Assembly: GCF_023227875.1 (NCBI RefSeq)
Contig: NZ_JALOCH010000013.1
Span: 5,977 to 69,976, forward strand
Length of the DNA stretch: 64,000 nt
Source of the DNA: Methanoregula sp.
GTDB taxonomy: Archaea > Halobacteriota > Methanomicrobia > Methanomicrobiales > Methanospirillaceae
Reading direction: 5' to 3'
The position numbers were made by a program, and so were the translations under genes. The notes beneath the pieces were generated by a model, which was not told the DNA's origin, did not search any database, and worked only from the letters and a program-made list of their open reading frames with translations. Below, in pieces: positions 10,303 through 20,157 of this stretch; the stretch's first letter is position 1; the number at the start of each line of letters is the position of its first letter.

Positions 10303-11130
10303 ATGCTTTCCGTGAACGATATCCATTATACCTATCAGAATTTCCCGGTCCTTTCCGGGGTCTCATTCTCGGTAGAACAGGGAGAACTGTGCGGCCTTTT
10401 CGGGCCAAACGGCTGCGGGAAGACCACCCTCTTTAAGTGTTGCCTCCGTTTCCTTGCTGCCCACAAGGGAACGGTCCATATCAATGGAGAAGATGTATCG
10501 AAAAAGAAGGTGGAAGAACTCGCAAAGATCGTTTCATACGTACCGCAGGAGCATAAACCACCATTCCCCTATCTTGTCCGGGAAGTTGTCCTGATGGGGA
10601 GAACACCGCACCTGGGGGGCTTCTTTGGAGTACGGCGAAAAGATAAGGAGATTGCGCTTGACGCCCTGGACCGGCTGGAGATTTCCGATCTTGCTGACCG
10701 TCCCTACAACCAGCTCTCCGGAGGACAGCGCCAGATGGTCCTGATCGCCCGTGCGATTGCGCAGGACACGCCGATCATGTTCCTCGATGAACCCACGTCA
10801 ACCCTCGATTTTCACAACCAGATGAAGATCTGGGAGATCATGCGAAGCATCACGGAAGAGGGAAAGACCATCCTTGCCTGCAGTCATGATCCCAACCATG
10901 TGGCATGGTTCTGCGACCGGGTGATCGTCATATCAAATTCCGGTGTTGTCGCAAACGGCCATCCCCGTGATGTGATCAACAATGAGATCCTGGACCTGAT
11001 TTACAAAGATACCTGCTCGGTACGGTCCACCGATGGCGTGAGGATGGTGATGCCCCGGTGTATTATTGAAAAAAAGGAACAGTGCAGTTCTGGCATCCTG
11101 GCTGAACACCCGGATCACTCCTGTAAATGA
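10303..11130 (+). CDS. FecE/BtuD-family ABC ATP-binding protein
   Basis: GPNGCGKTT, LSGGQRQMVLIARAIAQ, LDEPTSTLD, SHDPN. Confidence 0.94.
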   Translation: MLSVNDIHYTYQNFPVLSGVSFSVEQGELCGLFGPNGCGKTTLFKCCLRFLAAHKGTVHINGEDVSKKKVEELAKIVSYVPQEHKPPFPYLVREVVLMGRTPHLGGFFGVRRKDKEIALDALDRLEISDLADRPYNQLSGGQRQMVLIARAIAQDTPIMFLDEPTSTLDFHNQMKIWEIMRSITEEGKTILACSHDPNHVAWFCDRVIVISNSGVVANGHPRDVINNEILDLIYKDTCSVRSTDGVRMVMPRCIIEKKEQCSSGILAEHPDHSCK

Positions 11131-11152
11131 ACAGATACCAAAATATGATGAG

Positions 11153-11995
11153 ATGAAAGAGATGGATTATAAAACAATTGACTGGAACGAGGTCTGGAAG
11201 GGCCTCTATGAGAAGAACGTTGGATCGAGAGGACGGGGCGAGTGCGCCACGATCTGGGACTCAAAAAAGAAGGCAGAAGAATTTCTGGCCCAGTCTGATA
11301 AAAACCCTGAACGGATCAGCAGGGTGATCGAACGGTTACGGCCGGGTCCCGGGAGTAAGGTCCTGGATATCGGTGCCGGCCCGGGAACCCTTGCCGTACC
11401 TATCGCAGGTCTTGCCGGACAGGTGACTGCCGTTGAGCCTGCGGCAGGGATGGCAGAGGTGATGAAAGAATATGCTGCCAGACAAGGGATCTCAAACCTT
11501 ACGGTCGTTCGGAAGCGATGGGAGGATATCGACCCGGCAACCGATCTCGATGGACCCTATGATATCGTCTTTGCCTCCCACTCGCTGGGAATGCCCGACA
11601 TCAGGAAAGCCATCGAAAAGATGACAGCCGTTGCATCCAGACAGATCTTTTTATTCTGGTTCGGAGGGGTCACATCCTGGGAGAGACCAATGGTGGACCT
11701 TTGGCCGAAACTGCATGGAAAAGCGTATACTCCCGGCCCAAAAGCCGATATCCTCTTCAATGTCCTCTGGTCCATGGGGATTACCCCGAATATGAGCTCG
11801 GGAGAACTGGATCATGCCAAGATTTACCCTGATGTCACTTCTGCGATCGGTGATCTCAGGGAGCAGTTCGCCATATCGACACCGGAGCAGGATGAGGTAC
11901 TCCGGCACTATCTTGAAGAGGTAATGATCCCGAAAAACGGGCAGCTCGCCCTGCCGGGAAAAACAACCGGGGTCCAGTTCTGGTGGGAGGTTTAA
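11153..11995 (+). CDS. Class I SAM-dependent methyltransferase
   Basis: VLDIGAGPGTLAVPIA, VTAVEP, YDIVFAS; start set at the Met after the upstream gene ends. Confidence 0.87.
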   Translation: MKEMDYKTIDWNEVWKGLYEKNVGSRGRGECATIWDSKKKAEEFLAQSDKNPERISRVIERLRPGPGSKVLDIGAGPGTLAVPIAGLAGQVTAVEPAAGMAEVMKEYAARQGISNLTVVRKRWEDIDPATDLDGPYDIVFASHSLGMPDIRKAIEKMTAVASRQIFLFWFGGVTSWERPMVDLWPKLHGKAYTPGPKADILFNVLWSMGITPNMSSGELDHAKIYPDVTSAIGDLREQFAISTPEQDEVLRHYLEEVMIPKNGQLALPGKTTGVQFWWEV

Positions 11996-13213
11996 ATGAA
12001 GCGCATTTTTCTTTGTTTTCTCATTATTTTACTGGTAATATCAGTGTTCGGGGCAGGGTGCATGAGCACTCAGGAAAAAACCGGAACGGTGCCGTCCGTA
12101 CAGGAGACGACCCGAACCATTACCGATTCACGGGGAGTTCAGGTCACGGTCCCGAAAAATATCACCCGGGTCGTGACTGTCTCGGATGCAATGATCGAAG
12201 GGACCATGACCGCATTAGGTGTCGATGATAAAATTATCGGGATCGGTTCATCGTGCATTCCGCAGGACTTCACGTACTCCTATCCTCTGGATAATGGAGG
12301 GTTTACCAATGGGTCCGGCGGCCGGGACATTGCCAAAGTCCTCTCGCCCAATGTGGCCGGCATGCCTGCGGTAATCAAATCAGGTACTGCCATGAATTAT
12401 GAGAGTCTGGCGGGACTCAAACCGGATGTTGTCATACTCAGGATCGGTGACTGTGCCCTTCAGAAAAAGGATGATGAAAAGACTCCCCAGACAATTAAGA
12501 GAATTGAGTCCCTTGGAATTCCGGTTGTTGTCCTGTACAGTCCGAACTGTTATGACCAGCCAAATCCAAAACAGATCTCGGACGAAATACGAGTTCTCGG
12601 GCGGCTTTTTGAAAAAGAAGAAAAAGCAGAACGTATTGCACAGTATCTTGAATCACTGCTGGCTTTTGTCCAGAACAGGACAAAGGATATTCCCGATTCC
12701 CAAAAACAAACGGTTATCAGCCTGGGATTATCCCCACAGATTCGTGCCCAGGGCGGTGCGGGAAATGTACATGGTCTGAAAACAACTGAATCATATATCA
12801 TTGAAGATATCGTCAATGCAAAGAACGCCTACCGGTCCGAGGGAAGACTGCTGGTCAATACAGAACAGTTACTTTTGATGAATCCAGATGCAATTGTCCT
12901 GTGCACATCAATGGGTTATCACCCCCCGGGAGAATTATACAATGCAACCTATTACAAACCGCTGCGGTATCTCAATGCCGTTAAAAACAAGAGAGTATCC
13001 GCCCTTCCCTGGTCTCCATGCAACTGTGCAATGCGGCTTGAATACCCGATTGATGTGATGGTGATTGCAAAAACCGCTTATCCGGACCGGTTTTCAGATG
13101 TTAAGCTGGATGAGTGGCTCCTTGAATTCTATAAAAATGTCTATGGGGTAAATGAAGAGAAGGCAAAAGAGTTGCGAACCGCCCAGTGGATGGACTGGAC
13201 GGTCGAGGTTTAA
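11996..13213 (+). CDS. Class III (FecB/BtuF-like) ABC substrate-binding lipoprotein 1, Cys-rich
   Basis: Lipobox GAGC, ITDSRGVQVTVP..RVVT, YESLAGLKPDVVI, PCNC.RLEYP. Confidence 0.88.
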   Translation: MKRIFLCFLIILLVISVFGAGCMSTQEKTGTVPSVQETTRTITDSRGVQVTVPKNITRVVTVSDAMIEGTMTALGVDDKIIGIGSSCIPQDFTYSYPLDNGGFTNGSGGRDIAKVLSPNVAGMPAVIKSGTAMNYESLAGLKPDVVILRIGDCALQKKDDEKTPQTIKRIESLGIPVVVLYSPNCYDQPNPKQISDEIRVLGRLFEKEEKAERIAQYLESLLAFVQNRTKDIPDSQKQTVISLGLSPQIRAQGGAGNVHGLKTTESYIIEDIVNAKNAYRSEGRLLVNTEQLLLMNPDAIVLCTSMGYHPPGELYNATYYKPLRYLNAVKNKRVSALPWSPCNCAMRLEYPIDVMVIAKTAYPDRFSDVKLDEWLLEFYKNVYGVNEEKAKELRTAQWMDWTVEV

Positions 13214-13216
13214 GTC

Positions 13217-13440
13217 CACAGGGAGAGAAAGAGAATTTCATTTTTAGGAAATGTATGAGGAATGTGTGGAAAGAGGTGTGATATGCAAAAAAAGTGGCTG
13301 TTCGTGGTTATGATTATTCTCATCGGTGCAATCCTCTGTGCAGGATGCACCCAGCAGGCATTGCATCCTGAAAATACAACTGGAAAACAGGATATATCAA
13401 CGTCCGGATACAAGACGGTTATCGACAGTCGGGGTGTTGC
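13217..13440 (+). repeat. Imperfect direct repeat copy 1 (intergenic plus SBP 5' end); copy 2 at about 14522-14732
   Basis: cacagggaga...atgtgtg(g)aaagaggtgtgatatgcaaaaaaagtggc...catcggtgcaatcctctgtgc.ggatg.acccagca occurs at both sites. Confidence 0.8.
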
Positions 13441-14518
13441 GGTTAACATCCCAACTGAGATCCACCGGGTCGTCACAATCAGTGATGGGCTTGTTGAAGG
13501 AGCAATGATCCGGTTCGGGGTCCAGGACACCCTTGTCGGGGTTGGTTCCAGCTGTATCCAGCGGAATTTCACGTATGATTTCCCCTCGGTAAATGGCAAG
13601 AATATCACCTACGTGCGGGGGATGAACCCGGTGCTCTACCTGTACCCGAAGATTGGGACCCTGCCAAGGATTGGCGAATCGAGCGTTGCAATCAATTACG
13701 AGACTCTTGCCGGGCTCAAACCCGATGTCGTGATCCTCCGGCTCGGGGACTGCACCCTGCGGTATCCCGATGACGAGAACGTGAAGAAGACCATCTCGAC
13801 CATCGAGTCCCTGAACATCCCCCTCGTTGTAACATACGGGCCAAACGCGTACAAGACCGCGACCGTATCCGGGATAACTGACGAAATACGTATCCTTGGT
13901 GAAGTGTTCGGGAAGGAGACAGAGGCCAAAGAGATGAGCCAGTATCTTGAGGGGCAGGTCAATATGATCAAGCAGCGGACACGAGATATTCCTGATGCCC
14001 AGAAACCAAGCGTTCTCATCCTCGGTCTTTCCCCGACGGCACGGAAACAGGGTGGAGCAGGACAGGTATTCGGGCGGGGTACTATTGAATCGTTCTTTAT
14101 CGAGGACCTGGTGAATGCCAGGAACTCGTACAATGAGGAAAGCGCTACGTTCAAGACCCTGAGTGCCGAGCAGATCCTTGCAAACAATCCCGACAAGATC
14201 GTCCTCTGTACCGCTAACGGATATCATCCACCCATGGAAATCTACGAGGCCCCATATTACCAGAATCTGCAGGAACTATCGGCTGTTAAAAATCAGCAGG
14301 TATCGGCACTCCCGTGGACCCCTTGCAACTGCGGAAAACGTCTTGAGTACCCGATTGATGTGATGGTGATCGCAAAAGCGGCATACCCGGACAAGTTCAC
14401 CGATATCCAGCTCTCGGACTGGCTCCTCCAGTTCTATGAAAACCTGTATGGCGTGGATGAAGCCACGGCAAAAGAACTCCGTTCCGTGCAGTGGATGGAC
14501 TGGACACTCGATAAGTGA
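13283..14518 (+). CDS. Class III ABC substrate-binding lipoprotein 2, Cys-rich
   Basis: MQKKWLF..LCAGC lipobox; paralog of its neighbours; PWTPCNCGKRLEYP. Confidence 0.88.
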   Translation: MQKKWLFVVMIILIGAILCAGCTQQALHPENTTGKQDISTSGYKTVIDSRGVAVNIPTEIHRVVTISDGLVEGAMIRFGVQDTLVGVGSSCIQRNFTYDFPSVNGKNITYVRGMNPVLYLYPKIGTLPRIGESSVAINYETLAGLKPDVVILRLGDCTLRYPDDENVKKTISTIESLNIPLVVTYGPNAYKTATVSGITDEIRILGEVFGKETEAKEMSQYLEGQVNMIKQRTRDIPDAQKPSVLILGLSPTARKQGGAGQVFGRGTIESFFIEDLVNARNSYNEESATFKTLSAEQILANNPDKIVLCTANGYHPPMEIYEAPYYQNLQELSAVKNQQVSALPWTPCNCGKRLEYPIDVMVIAKAAYPDKFTDIQLSDWLLQFYENLYGVDEATAKELRSVQWMDWTLDK

Positions 14519-14521
14519 GAT

Positions 14522-14732
14522 CACAGGGAGAAAATGAGATTTTTTTTATGCGGGATGTGTGAAAGAGGTGTGATATGCAAAAAAAGTGGCTTTTGGTGTT
14601 TACGATTATGGTCATCGGTGCAATCCTCTGTGCGGGATGTACCCAGCAAGTATCGCAATCAGAAAAAACAACTGCAAAACAGGATACATCCACTCCGGGA
14701 TACAAGACGGTAATTGACAGCCGGGGTGTGGC
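14522..14732 (+). repeat. Imperfect direct repeat copy 2
   Basis: Matches 13217-13440. Confidence 0.8.
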
Positions 14733-15828
14733 TGTACAGGTTCCCGCATCCCCGCAGCGGGTACTTGCCATCAGCGACGGGCTTATCGAGGGAATGATGG
14801 TTATTCTCGGGGAAGAGGACAAACAGGTGGGTGTTGGTTCGACCTGTGTCCAGCTTTCCTATAAATTCAATTATCCCCAGTCAGAGGGCCCGAACTTATC
14901 CTACCAGAATGGCATGAATACTGTCCGTTACCTCAATCCCCGGCTTGCAGACCTGACGCTTGTCGGCCAGTCCGGCCAAGCGATCAATTATGAGACTGTT
15001 GCGGGCCTCAAGCCCGATGTCATCATCATGCGCCTCGGGGACTGCACCCTCCGCTACCCGAATGACGAGAAGATACCGAAGAGTATCGAAACGCTCAATT
15101 CCCTGGGCATCCCCCTGGTCATCATAAAGAGTCCTCATTTCTATGACAGCCCCAACATGAGTGGATTATCCGATGAGATCAAAATTATCGGCTCGGTCTT
15201 CGGAAAAGAAGAACGGGCAACACAGACGGCACAGTACCTTGAAGAACAGGTCAATATGATTAAAAGCCGGACCCGTGACGTCCCTGAGGATAAGAAACCA
15301 ACGGTGCTGATCCTCGGGCTCTCGCCCACCGCCCGGCAGGCGGGAGGGGCCGGCGTTGTATACGGCACTGATACCATCGAATCGTATTTCATCGAAGATA
15401 TTGCAAACGCAAAGAATGCATATCAGGAAAACGCGTATTTCAAGACCATCAGTGCCGAGCAGATCCTGGCACTCAATCCTGATGTGATTGTCCTTTCCAC
15501 GGCATACGGGTACCACCCGGCCGAAGAGCTGTACAATGCTCCCTATTACCAGAACCTGAGGGAACTGAAAGCGGTCAAGGAGAAGCGTGTTTATTCCATG
15601 CCATACACTCCCTGCAACTGCGACCGAAGGCTCGAATATCCGCTTGATGTGATGGTAATTGCCAGGGGAGCATATCCGGACCGGTTCAGTGACATCAACT
15701 TCGGGCAATGGACCCTTGATTTCTACAAGAACCTGTATGGTGTCGATGAGACCGTTGCAAAAGAGATCCGGGAAAGCCAATGGTTTAGCTGGACGTCAAA
15801 TGATTCTGTACAGGTATCATCAACCTGA
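14575..15828 (+). CDS. Class III ABC substrate-binding lipoprotein 3, Cys-rich
   Basis: MQKKWLL..LCAGC lipobox; PYTPCNCDRRLEYP. Confidence 0.88.
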   Translation: MQKKWLLVFTIMVIGAILCAGCTQQVSQSEKTTAKQDTSTPGYKTVIDSRGVAVQVPASPQRVLAISDGLIEGMMVILGEEDKQVGVGSTCVQLSYKFNYPQSEGPNLSYQNGMNTVRYLNPRLADLTLVGQSGQAINYETVAGLKPDVIIMRLGDCTLRYPNDEKIPKSIETLNSLGIPLVIIKSPHFYDSPNMSGLSDEIKIIGSVFGKEERATQTAQYLEEQVNMIKSRTRDVPEDKKPTVLILGLSPTARQAGGAGVVYGTDTIESYFIEDIANAKNAYQENAYFKTISAEQILALNPDVIVLSTAYGYHPAEELYNAPYYQNLRELKAVKEKRVYSMPYTPCNCDRRLEYPLDVMVIARGAYPDRFSDINFGQWTLDFYKNLYGVDETVAKEIRESQWFSWTSNDSVQVSST

Positions 15829-15851
15829 TTTTTTTTTACAGGTCCGGAATT

Positions 15852-16283
15852 ATGAAAAACAAATCTCACAGGATCACCCCGTTTGAAAAGACGGAATATT
15901 CGGTACCTGATCTCATCAAATTCCACGGGCACCTGGGACCCTATATTGTCCTCGGTTATCGTATGGGAAGGTTTGCACGAAAACAGTTTGACAATTATCC
16001 CGATATGGATGCAGTTGTCCATTGCCCGGATAATCCTCCCACATCCTGTCTGGTGGACGGCATCCAGCTCGGCAGCGGGTGTTCGTACGGGCGAAGAAAG
16101 ATCTCGCTTGTGCATTCCAGCGATATCTTCTGTAATTTTATCAGTGAGGATAAAACACTGGTTCTTCGCCCGGTTACGATAACACTTCCCGCAGCAGATT
16201 CACCAACCTATTGGGAGGAGACCGAAGAGATTGCGCTCGCATTATATGATGCCCCGGATGAGAGCCTGTTTCATATTGTCTGA
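15852..16283 (+). CDS. fmdE: FmdE-family metal-binding protein
   Basis: LIKFHGHLGPYIVLGYRMG, SCLVDGIQLGSGCSYG. Confidence 0.85.
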   Translation: MKNKSHRITPFEKTEYSVPDLIKFHGHLGPYIVLGYRMGRFARKQFDNYPDMDAVVHCPDNPPTSCLVDGIQLGSGCSYGRRKISLVHSSDIFCNFISEDKTLVLRPVTITLPAADSPTYWEETEEIALALYDAPDESLFHIV

Positions 16284-16598
16284 CTGTGGACAGAACAGTA
16301 CAATTGATAAGCGAGATTATTCTAAAACAGTTCGGCAAAATTTGTGATTATTAATTTCTAACGCGGTTATGATGGCGATCACTAACCTTTTTTTTTAGAG
16401 AATATCCCTTAATTCATCATGAACATGTAAAAATCTCGAATAGGTTCAGCATTTTTTTTGCAGGGAGAAGAGATCTTCCCCATGGAATTGAGGTACCGCG
16501 AACATGCCCTTTTCATTGTGCAAATAAAAATACGTAATAAACCGTAGCACTGATAAACATAAAGATAATACTCATGAGTATCCCGACGGAGTTTTTTA

Positions 16599-17591
16599 AT
16601 GCCCCCCATTATTCAGACCTGTAATCTGACCAGAAGGTTTGGGTCAAACACTGCCGTTGACAATCTCAGCCTGACGATCGAGAGGGGGGAAGTGTTCGGT
16701 ATTCTCGGGCCGAACGGTGCGGGAAAATCCACGCTGTTATCAATGCTCTGCACGATCCTCAAACCGACTTCCGGGACTGCAACCGTTAATGGCTTCGATA
16801 TACTCCGGCAACATCACGAGGTACGAAAATCAATTGGCATCGTTTTCCAGGACCCGAGCGTTGACGCGGATATGACCGGACTTGAGAACCTCCAGATGCA
16901 TGCAGACCTGTACAATGTCCCTGTCTCCGAGGTAGATACACGGATAAAATCGGTGCTGGCACTGGTGCAGCTTGAAGACCGGGCCGGAGATTTCCTGTCC
17001 ACCTACTCCGGGGGAATGCGGAGAAGACTTGAGATTGCCCGGGGCCTTCTTCATTATCCAAAAGTGCTCTTCCTTGACGAACCGACCATCGGCCTCGATC
17101 CGCAGAGCCGGGAACACATGTGGGATCATATCCGTATGCTGAAGAAAAGGGAGGACATGACAATCATCCTCACCACTCACTATATGGAAGAGGCCGACCG
17201 GCTCTGCGACCGCGTTGCCATCATCGATCATGGGAAGATCGTGGCCCTCGACCAGCCCTCTGTGCTGAAGAACGGGCTTGGCGGAGATACCATCATCCTT
17301 GGCACAAAAGACGGGCAGGCACTCTACGACCTGTTCCTCAAAACCAAGGTGTCGGATAACGTGCAGGTCCATAACGGCGAAGTCCGGGTCATGGTTGCCA
17401 GTGCCAATATCATTCTTCCAAGAATTATGGAACAGGTATCAGCAGCCAGAATTCATATCGAATATATCTATCTCAACCATCCCGACATGAATGACGTGTT
17501 CATCCATTATACCGGTAAGGATTTGAGGCACGAACAGGCCCATGGGCACATCGGAAAGATGGCCATGATGCGAAGAAGGAGGGTGCGATGA
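16599..17591 (+). CDS. DrrA-like ABC-2 exporter ATP-binding protein
   Basis: GPNGAGKST, YSGGMRRRLEIARGL, DEPTIGLDPQSR, TTHYMEEADRLCDR. Confidence 0.93.
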   Translation: MPPIIQTCNLTRRFGSNTAVDNLSLTIERGEVFGILGPNGAGKSTLLSMLCTILKPTSGTATVNGFDILRQHHEVRKSIGIVFQDPSVDADMTGLENLQMHADLYNVPVSEVDTRIKSVLALVQLEDRAGDFLSTYSGGMRRRLEIARGLLHYPKVLFLDEPTIGLDPQSREHMWDHIRMLKKREDMTIILTTHYMEEADRLCDRVAIIDHGKIVALDQPSVLKNGLGGDTIILGTKDGQALYDLFLKTKVSDNVQVHNGEVRVMVASANIILPRIMEQVSAARIHIEYIYLNHPDMNDVFIHYTGKDLRHEQAHGHIGKMAMMRRRRVR

Positions 17592-18343
17592 GCGAGCTGC
17601 GGGGGATCTATACGCTCTGGCTCCGGGAAGTGAAAAAGTTCCTGCGGGAGAAACCGCGCCTTCTCAACGCGTTCTGCCAGCCACTATTGTGGTTGTTCAT
17701 TTTCGGTACCGGTATGCGGTTTACAGCAGGGATGCCGGGGATCAATTACCAGGAGTTCATCTTCCCGGGCCTTGTCTGCCAGGCAATGCTCTTCACGGCA
17801 ATGTTCATGGGAATTTCGGTTATCTGGGACCGTGAATTCGGATTTCTCAAGGAGATCCTGGTCTCCCCGATATCCCGGACCTCCATCTTTTTTGGAAAGA
17901 TGATTGGGGCGAGCACGGATGTGATGCTCCAGGGAATTATCATCTTCCCGTTTGCGTTTCTCATTGGTGCCCACATGAATTTCGTCATTTTTCTTGAGGC
18001 GCTGCCGATCATGCTCCTGATCACATTCGGCCTTGTCTGTATCGGGCTCACGTTTGCCAGCGTAATGAAAAGTTTCGAAGGGTTCGGGCTCATCCAGACG
18101 TTCATCAACCTGCCGATGTTCTTTTTGAGTGGCGCGCTCTTCCCCCTCACCAATGTGCCGCAATGGCTCCTGTGGGTCAGTTATTTAAATCCGCTCACAT
18201 ACGGGGTCGATGCACTCAGGACGGTTATGATGGGATATGCATGGACACCCCTGTTTCCGCTATATTTCAGTATCTCGGTGTTGCTTGTATTCGATGTGAT
18301 CATGTTCACCGTGGGGACGTATGCATTCAGCCGGACGGAATAA
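17588..18343 (+). CDS. DrrB-like ABC-2 permease
   Basis: DREFGFLKEILVSP, MFFLSGALFP, NPLTYGVDALR. Confidence 0.92.
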   Translation: MSELRGIYTLWLREVKKFLREKPRLLNAFCQPLLWLFIFGTGMRFTAGMPGINYQEFIFPGLVCQAMLFTAMFMGISVIWDREFGFLKEILVSPISRTSIFFGKMIGASTDVMLQGIIIFPFAFLIGAHMNFVIFLEALPIMLLITFGLVCIGLTFASVMKSFEGFGLIQTFINLPMFFLSGALFPLTNVPQWLLWVSYLNPLTYGVDALRTVMMGYAWTPLFPLYFSISVLLVFDVIMFTVGTYAFSRTE

Positions 18344-18458
18344 CTTTTTTTTAATCATGACAAAAACGCATGCAGTACAACACGGGAAAAATGTGTCTGA
18401 AGATTTACGAGGCGGGTTATTCCCGGGTATCAACCGGATCACCTTTTTTGAACCGTTC

Positions 18459-19331
18459 TTAGCTGGGACTATGGTCTCTCATGTCCCAGACCATCATTCC
18501 CGTCGTAGCAACAGACTCCGAATAATATTTCCCGTCCTTTGACCGGGTGAGGATAAACTCGTGTATCTGGTTTCTCATCGCTGTATCGATATCTTTCGTT
18601 GCACTGAAAAAGCCAACAATGCTGTTGACCATCTCATCAACGGTCTCATCACCATGCTGGACCTCCTGCCGCAGAGTCACGGTTGGCCGGTATCCTTTCA
18701 GGTACAGGTCCATGAAGGGAAGATAGAATCCATGCGAACCTTCCCGGAACTCCTGGTTGAACAGAGTACGGTACAACTCATTGAATGCCGGGTCCCTTTT
18801 CCGGTCCACCCATCCGCTGTAGAAACATATCCCCCGTGATGCCTCCAGCATAAGATTGAATGCATCGGGAGTCTGGACGGCCGGTGTCATGGATGCGATG
18901 ACCAGATCAAATTTTTTACAGAATCCTTCCGCATCAAGATCGATCTTGTCCCAGGATGCCAGCACTGTCCGGGTTAAGATGACGTTCTCGTCTTCAGCCC
19001 GTTGGTTCAGTCTTTTCAACATCTCTGCAGAAAAATCGACAACAGTCACCCGTGCACCCATTTTTGCCAGCGGAATTGCCAGGGCACCGGTGCCTGCGCC
19101 AATGTCGAGCACTTCTGCACCTGCAAGGTCAAGACCGGTTGAGTTGATAAGATCAAGGACGGTTTTTAGTTTTTTCTCCCGCCGGCCGTCAGTCATGTTC
19201 CGCCCGAAACTCTCCGCCTTGTTATCCCAGAACCCGACCTGCATCGGTCCGCGGTCCTTTGCCGGTAGTGTTGCCTTATGCCAGAATTCTTCCCAGTACC
19301 TGCTGTTCTTGTCGTGTGATGTGTCAGTCAT
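18459..19331 (-). CDS. Class I SAM-dependent methyltransferase
   Basis: VLDIGAGTGALAIPLA, VTVVDFSAEML, FDLVIASMTP. Confidence 0.88.
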   Translation of the reverse strand: MTDTSHDKNSRYWEEFWHKATLPAKDRGPMQVGFWDNKAESFGRNMTDGRREKKLKTVLDLINSTGLDLAGAEVLDIGAGTGALAIPLAKMGARVTVVDFSAEMLKRLNQRAEDENVILTRTVLASWDKIDLDAEGFCKKFDLVIASMTPAVQTPDAFNLMLEASRGICFYSGWVDRKRDPAFNELYRTLFNQEFREGSHGFYLPFMDLYLKGYRPTVTLRQEVQHGDETVDEMVNSIVGFFSATKDIDTAMRNQIHEFILTRSKDGKYYSESVATTGMMVWDMRDHSPS

Positions 19332-19335
19332 GGAT

Positions 19336-20157
19336 TCACGTCCTTGCACAGGGTTTCAATGCACGTGCATACAGCGTGACATTCCCGGACCCTGTCAAAC
19401 CGGAATGCTGTCGCCGTTTCAGTTCTTCGGCGATCTCTGTTCTGATCGTTTCCTTCATGTCGTCCGGGAGGTTATCCGTGATCCCCCGAAGCCTGCCTCT
19501 CTTATCGTAATGCCGGATGATCTCATCCGGCGAACCATAGTGTCGCGTGATGACCCGAGGTTCAACCGAAACACCAGTAAAACCGGCGTCTGTCAGCAGA
19601 CCAGACAGCTCCTGAGCTGTGACCCGTTTCATCCCGCCGGTGTGTGCAGTACCGCGGGGGAGATTGTGCCGGGAAAGGATGGTATCATTGATATCTCTCA
19701 TCGTATCCGGACTTCCCTTATCACGGGTGGTCATCCCGACCGTTCCACCCGGTTTCAGCACCCGTAAGACCTCGGTAAGGGCAGATTTCTTGTCATCAAT
19801 CCAGTGGAATGAGGAGCAGAAGTATGCAAAACCAACAGAACCGGTTGCCACTGCACTCATGTTCTCTGCCTGCCCGACAAGAAAACCAGAATTGCCTTTG
19901 GGCAACTGGGAGAACTTTGCCTGTGCAAGAGCGATACGGTGCGAGGAGGGATCGATTCCCATGATACGACCATAGGGCCCGATAATCCCTGCCACATGGA
20001 CCGCCATCCGGCCGGTCCCGCAACCGACATCGAGCACAGTGTCACCTTTATCGATCCCCATCATCCCTATCAGTATCCTACCTTTTTCGAACTGGTGGTC
20101 GCAGTTCTGATCGTAGTGTCCGGCAATCTCCGGTGTATCCCAGTCAATCCCGCTCAT
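19336..20157 (-). CDS. Class I SAM-dependent methyltransferase (UbiE/Methyltransf_31-like)
   Basis: VLDVGCGTG, GIDPS, SSFHWI, LRVLKPGG. Confidence 0.88.
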   Translation of the reverse strand: MSGIDWDTPEIAGHYDQNCDHQFEKGRILIGMMGIDKGDTVLDVGCGTGRMAVHVAGIIGPYGRIMGIDPSSHRIALAQAKFSQLPKGNSGFLVGQAENMSAVATGSVGFAYFCSSFHWIDDKKSALTEVLRVLKPGGTVGMTTRDKGSPDTMRDINDTILSRHNLPRGTAHTGGMKRVTAQELSGLLTDAGFTGVSVEPRVITRHYGSPDEIIRHYDKRGRLRGITDNLPDDMKETIRTEIAEELKRRQHSGLTGSGNVTLYARALKPCART

